From contig OZ246887.1 of the NCBI GenBank assembly GCA_965231765.1, positions 3,090,755-3,154,754 on the forward strand: a DNA stretch of 64,000 nucleotides. The letters run 5' to 3'. A model generated the notes under the pieces. The model searched no databases. It worked only from the letters and a program-made list of their open reading frames with translations, and was not told the DNA's origin. This DNA comes from Candidatus Binatia bacterium. GTDB lineage: Bacteria; Desulfobacterota; Binatia; Bin18. The stretch's first letter is position 1. The number at the start of each line of letters is the position of its first letter. Positions 62,141 through 64,000 of this stretch are shown piece by piece. The position numbers and the translations under genes were made by a program.

Positions 62141-62644
62141 ATGAGGCGATCATGTTGGCGGACAGTGTGTGGCACGTTTGCTGGGTTTGCACTCGGCGCT
62201 TTGGTCTCAGCCCCCCCCGCAACAGCTCAGCTTGGTAATGCACTGACAGGAGCGGCGCAAAATGCTGCGAAAAACGCCGCGCAAGAGGCAGCTACTGGCG
62301 CGGCCACACAAGCGGTCAAGTCGACCGCCGCCGCCGCTGGGCTCAGTACCACAGCCGCCCGTAAATTCACGGTCGTCAATGTGCTCTTCGAAGGCTCAAA
62401 GATGTTTGTTCCCTCAGTGCTGGCCGTGTCCAAGGGAGATACTGTCTCGGTCACCGTGATGAATAATATTCCAGGCGATCCTCCCAACCACGGTTTTGCC
62501 ATTCCGGATTTCGGGGTTGAGCTGGTGGTGAATAGGGGGGAGAAAAAGACCACGGCATTTACGGCTGATAAGGCTGGAATTTTTGATATTAAGTGCCAGT
62601 TGCATCCCGCGCATATTCATGGCCAGTTTATTGTCAACGAATAA
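62141..62644 (+). CDS. Exported cupredoxin, nitrosocyanin-like
   Basis: Signal peptide, Ala-rich linker, KGDTVSV, HGFAIPDFGV, FTADKAGIFDIKCQLHPAHIH. Confidence 0.75.
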   Translation: MRRSCWRTVCGTFAGFALGALVSAPPATAQLGNALTGAAQNAAKNAAQEAATGAATQAVKSTAAAAGLSTTAARKFTVVNVLFEGSKMFVPSVLAVSKGDTVSVTVMNNIPGDPPNHGFAIPDFGVELVVNRGEKKTTAFTADKAGIFDIKCQLHPAHIHGQFIVNE

Positions 62645-62696
62645 AACGGGAAACGTAATTTTGCGGGCCGCTGCCCGTCTTTTTACGTTTTACGTC

Positions 62697-63701
62697 CTAT
62701 CTTCTCTTCACCTTCCGCAGCAACACATCAATAATGTGATCCGACGTAATGCCTTCAGCCTCAGCCTGAAAGTTGAGCAAACAGCGATGGCGCAAGGCTG
62801 GCAGCGTCACGTCGGTAATATCCTCGTAACTGACGTTCACCCGGTTATCTAATAAGGCATTGACTTTCGCTCCCAACGTAATCGCCTGGGCGCCGCGCGG
62901 ACTGGGACCAAAACGTAAATATTGATTGACCTCAGGTACCGGCGACCCGTCATTGCCTGGTGTGGCTGAGGCGATGAGCTGGGCGATGTACTCATTGAGC
63001 GGAGGAGCGAGAAGAACTTCGCGGACGAGGACTTTCATGGCCTCGACAATGCTTGCAGCCTGCTCTTCGGAGCCGAACAGTGCGTGCACTTCGTAGTGTT
63101 TCTCGGTCGTCGTCCGGTTGAGAATCTCGGTCAGTTCTAGCGCGTTGGGCGAATGAATAATCAGCTTGAACAAGAAACGGTCGAGCTGGGCTTCTGGCAG
63201 CGGGTAGGTACCCTCAATCTCAACTGGGTTTTGGGTCGCCATGACAAAGAAAGGCGGCGGGAGGATGTGGGTTTGGCCAAAAACCGAGACTTGGTGCTCC
63301 TCCATGGCTTCGAGGATGGCAGACTGGGTTTTTGGCGTGGCCCGATTCACTTCATCGGCCAGCACAATATGGGTAAAGACAGGACCCGGTTTAAATTCAA
63401 AAGACCGCTCACCCCCACTTTCCGATAACACCTCAGTCCCAACAATATCTGACGGCATCAAGTCAGGGGTAAACTGAATACGTTTGGATCCAAGCGTGAT
63501 TGCCTGGCTAAATGATTTCATCAGCAGCGTTTTGCCTAAGCCTGGCACACTTTCTAGTAAGACATGCCCACCGGAGAAAAAGGCGGTCAAGACTTTACGG
63601 ACCACCTCACGATTGCCAACAATGAGTTGGCCAACTTCTTCTTCAAGGGTGCCGAACAGCTGACGGAAGTGATGAATGCGTTCCTCTTGTTCTTGGATCA
63701 T
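62697..63701 (-). CDS. MoxR-family AAA+ ATPase
   Basis: HVLLESVPGLGKT, RIQFTPDLMPSD, ADEVNRA, ATQNP, LPEAQLDRF. Confidence 0.93.
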   Translation of the reverse strand: MIQEQEERIHHFRQLFGTLEEEVGQLIVGNREVVRKVLTAFFSGGHVLLESVPGLGKTLLMKSFSQAITLGSKRIQFTPDLMPSDIVGTEVLSESGGERSFEFKPGPVFTHIVLADEVNRATPKTQSAILEAMEEHQVSVFGQTHILPPPFFVMATQNPVEIEGTYPLPEAQLDRFLFKLIIHSPNALELTEILNRTTTEKHYEVHALFGSEEQAASIVEAMKVLVREVLLAPPLNEYIAQLIASATPGNDGSPVPEVNQYLRFGPSPRGAQAITLGAKVNALLDNRVNVSYEDITDVTLPALRHRCLLNFQAEAEGITSDHIIDVLLRKVKRR

Positions 63702-63722
63702 GATGGGCTCACTCTTTTGGAT

Positions 63723-63758
63723 TAATCCTGCTAATCCTGCTGATCCTGCTAATCCTGC
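63723..63758. repeat. 9-bp tandem repeat x4
   Basis: TAATCCTGC TAATCCTGC TGATCCTGC TAATCCTGC, overlapping the stop of the upstream gene. Confidence 0.75.
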
Positions 63759-64000
63759 AAGATTGCACGATATTCCAAAGGAATCAGCTGACTGGGTTTG
63801 GCTGTATCAGCTGGCCGGTGTGTGAGCGGGGCATTACTATATGGCGTCTTTGGTTTTGCTTGGCTCGTATTTGTGATGCGCCGAGTAGTTGTCCCCTGCT
63901 CTTCATACCCTTGAGGTACGCGGACTTTGACCAAGCGGGCATCTGTGGTGAGGAAACCGCCTGGTTTTTCGCCAGGTTTGCTAAACCGCTCGGCTTTACC
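63749..64000 (-). CDS. C-terminal part of a hypothetical protein upstream of moxR (truncated by the window edge)
   Basis: Open frame to the window end, finishing QLIPLEYRAILQD, a tail type common in MoxR-operon genes. Confidence 0.55.
   Translation of the reverse strand, partial: GKAERFSKPGEKPGGFLTTDARLVKVRVPQGYEEQGTTTRRITNTSQAKPKTPYSNAPLTHRPADTAKPSQLIPLEYRAILQD

Overview
Bacterial chromosomal segment spanning the replication origin. The split F0 atp operon and gene style suggest a deltaproteobacterial/Binatota-like organism (inference). 1-35.4 kb is mostly housekeeping: the tail of a DUF350/polyamine aminopropyltransferase operon, glcDEF, asd, hemL-atpZ-atpI-atpB-atpE, dnaA-oriC-dnaN-gyrB-gyrA, ssb, ggt, nth, ampG and others. 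oriC uses a variant DnaA box (TTATGCACA) and the DnaA recognition helix is also altered. Two genes cut short in the ORF track read through an in-frame TGA at the catalytic Cys position and have downstream hairpins: a selenocysteine peroxiredoxin coupled to gyrA and a UxxC glutaredoxin-DinB fusion. About 35.5-54 kb is a defence island in which a type III restriction-modification mod gene and its res gene sit ~13 kb apart. The gap holds cargo genes (TPR-DUF2971, PIN pair, HEPN-like+CBS, DUF4062, DUF4209, TOPRIM, many toxin-antitoxin pieces). It is punctuated by diverged copies of a REP hairpin + res 5' end and of the mod 3' end, so it looks like a cassette array built up between mod and res. One cargo gene is bracketed by two dif-like sites. 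54-64 kb holds an SDR, a K+ channel-YbjN-PspA-DUF4178 operon head, Uma2, a KdsD-like SIS protein, uvrB, a nitrosocyanin-like cupredoxin and a MoxR ATPase. No rRNA, tRNA or CRISPR array was seen. All family assignments come from motif recognition by eye, not from database searches.
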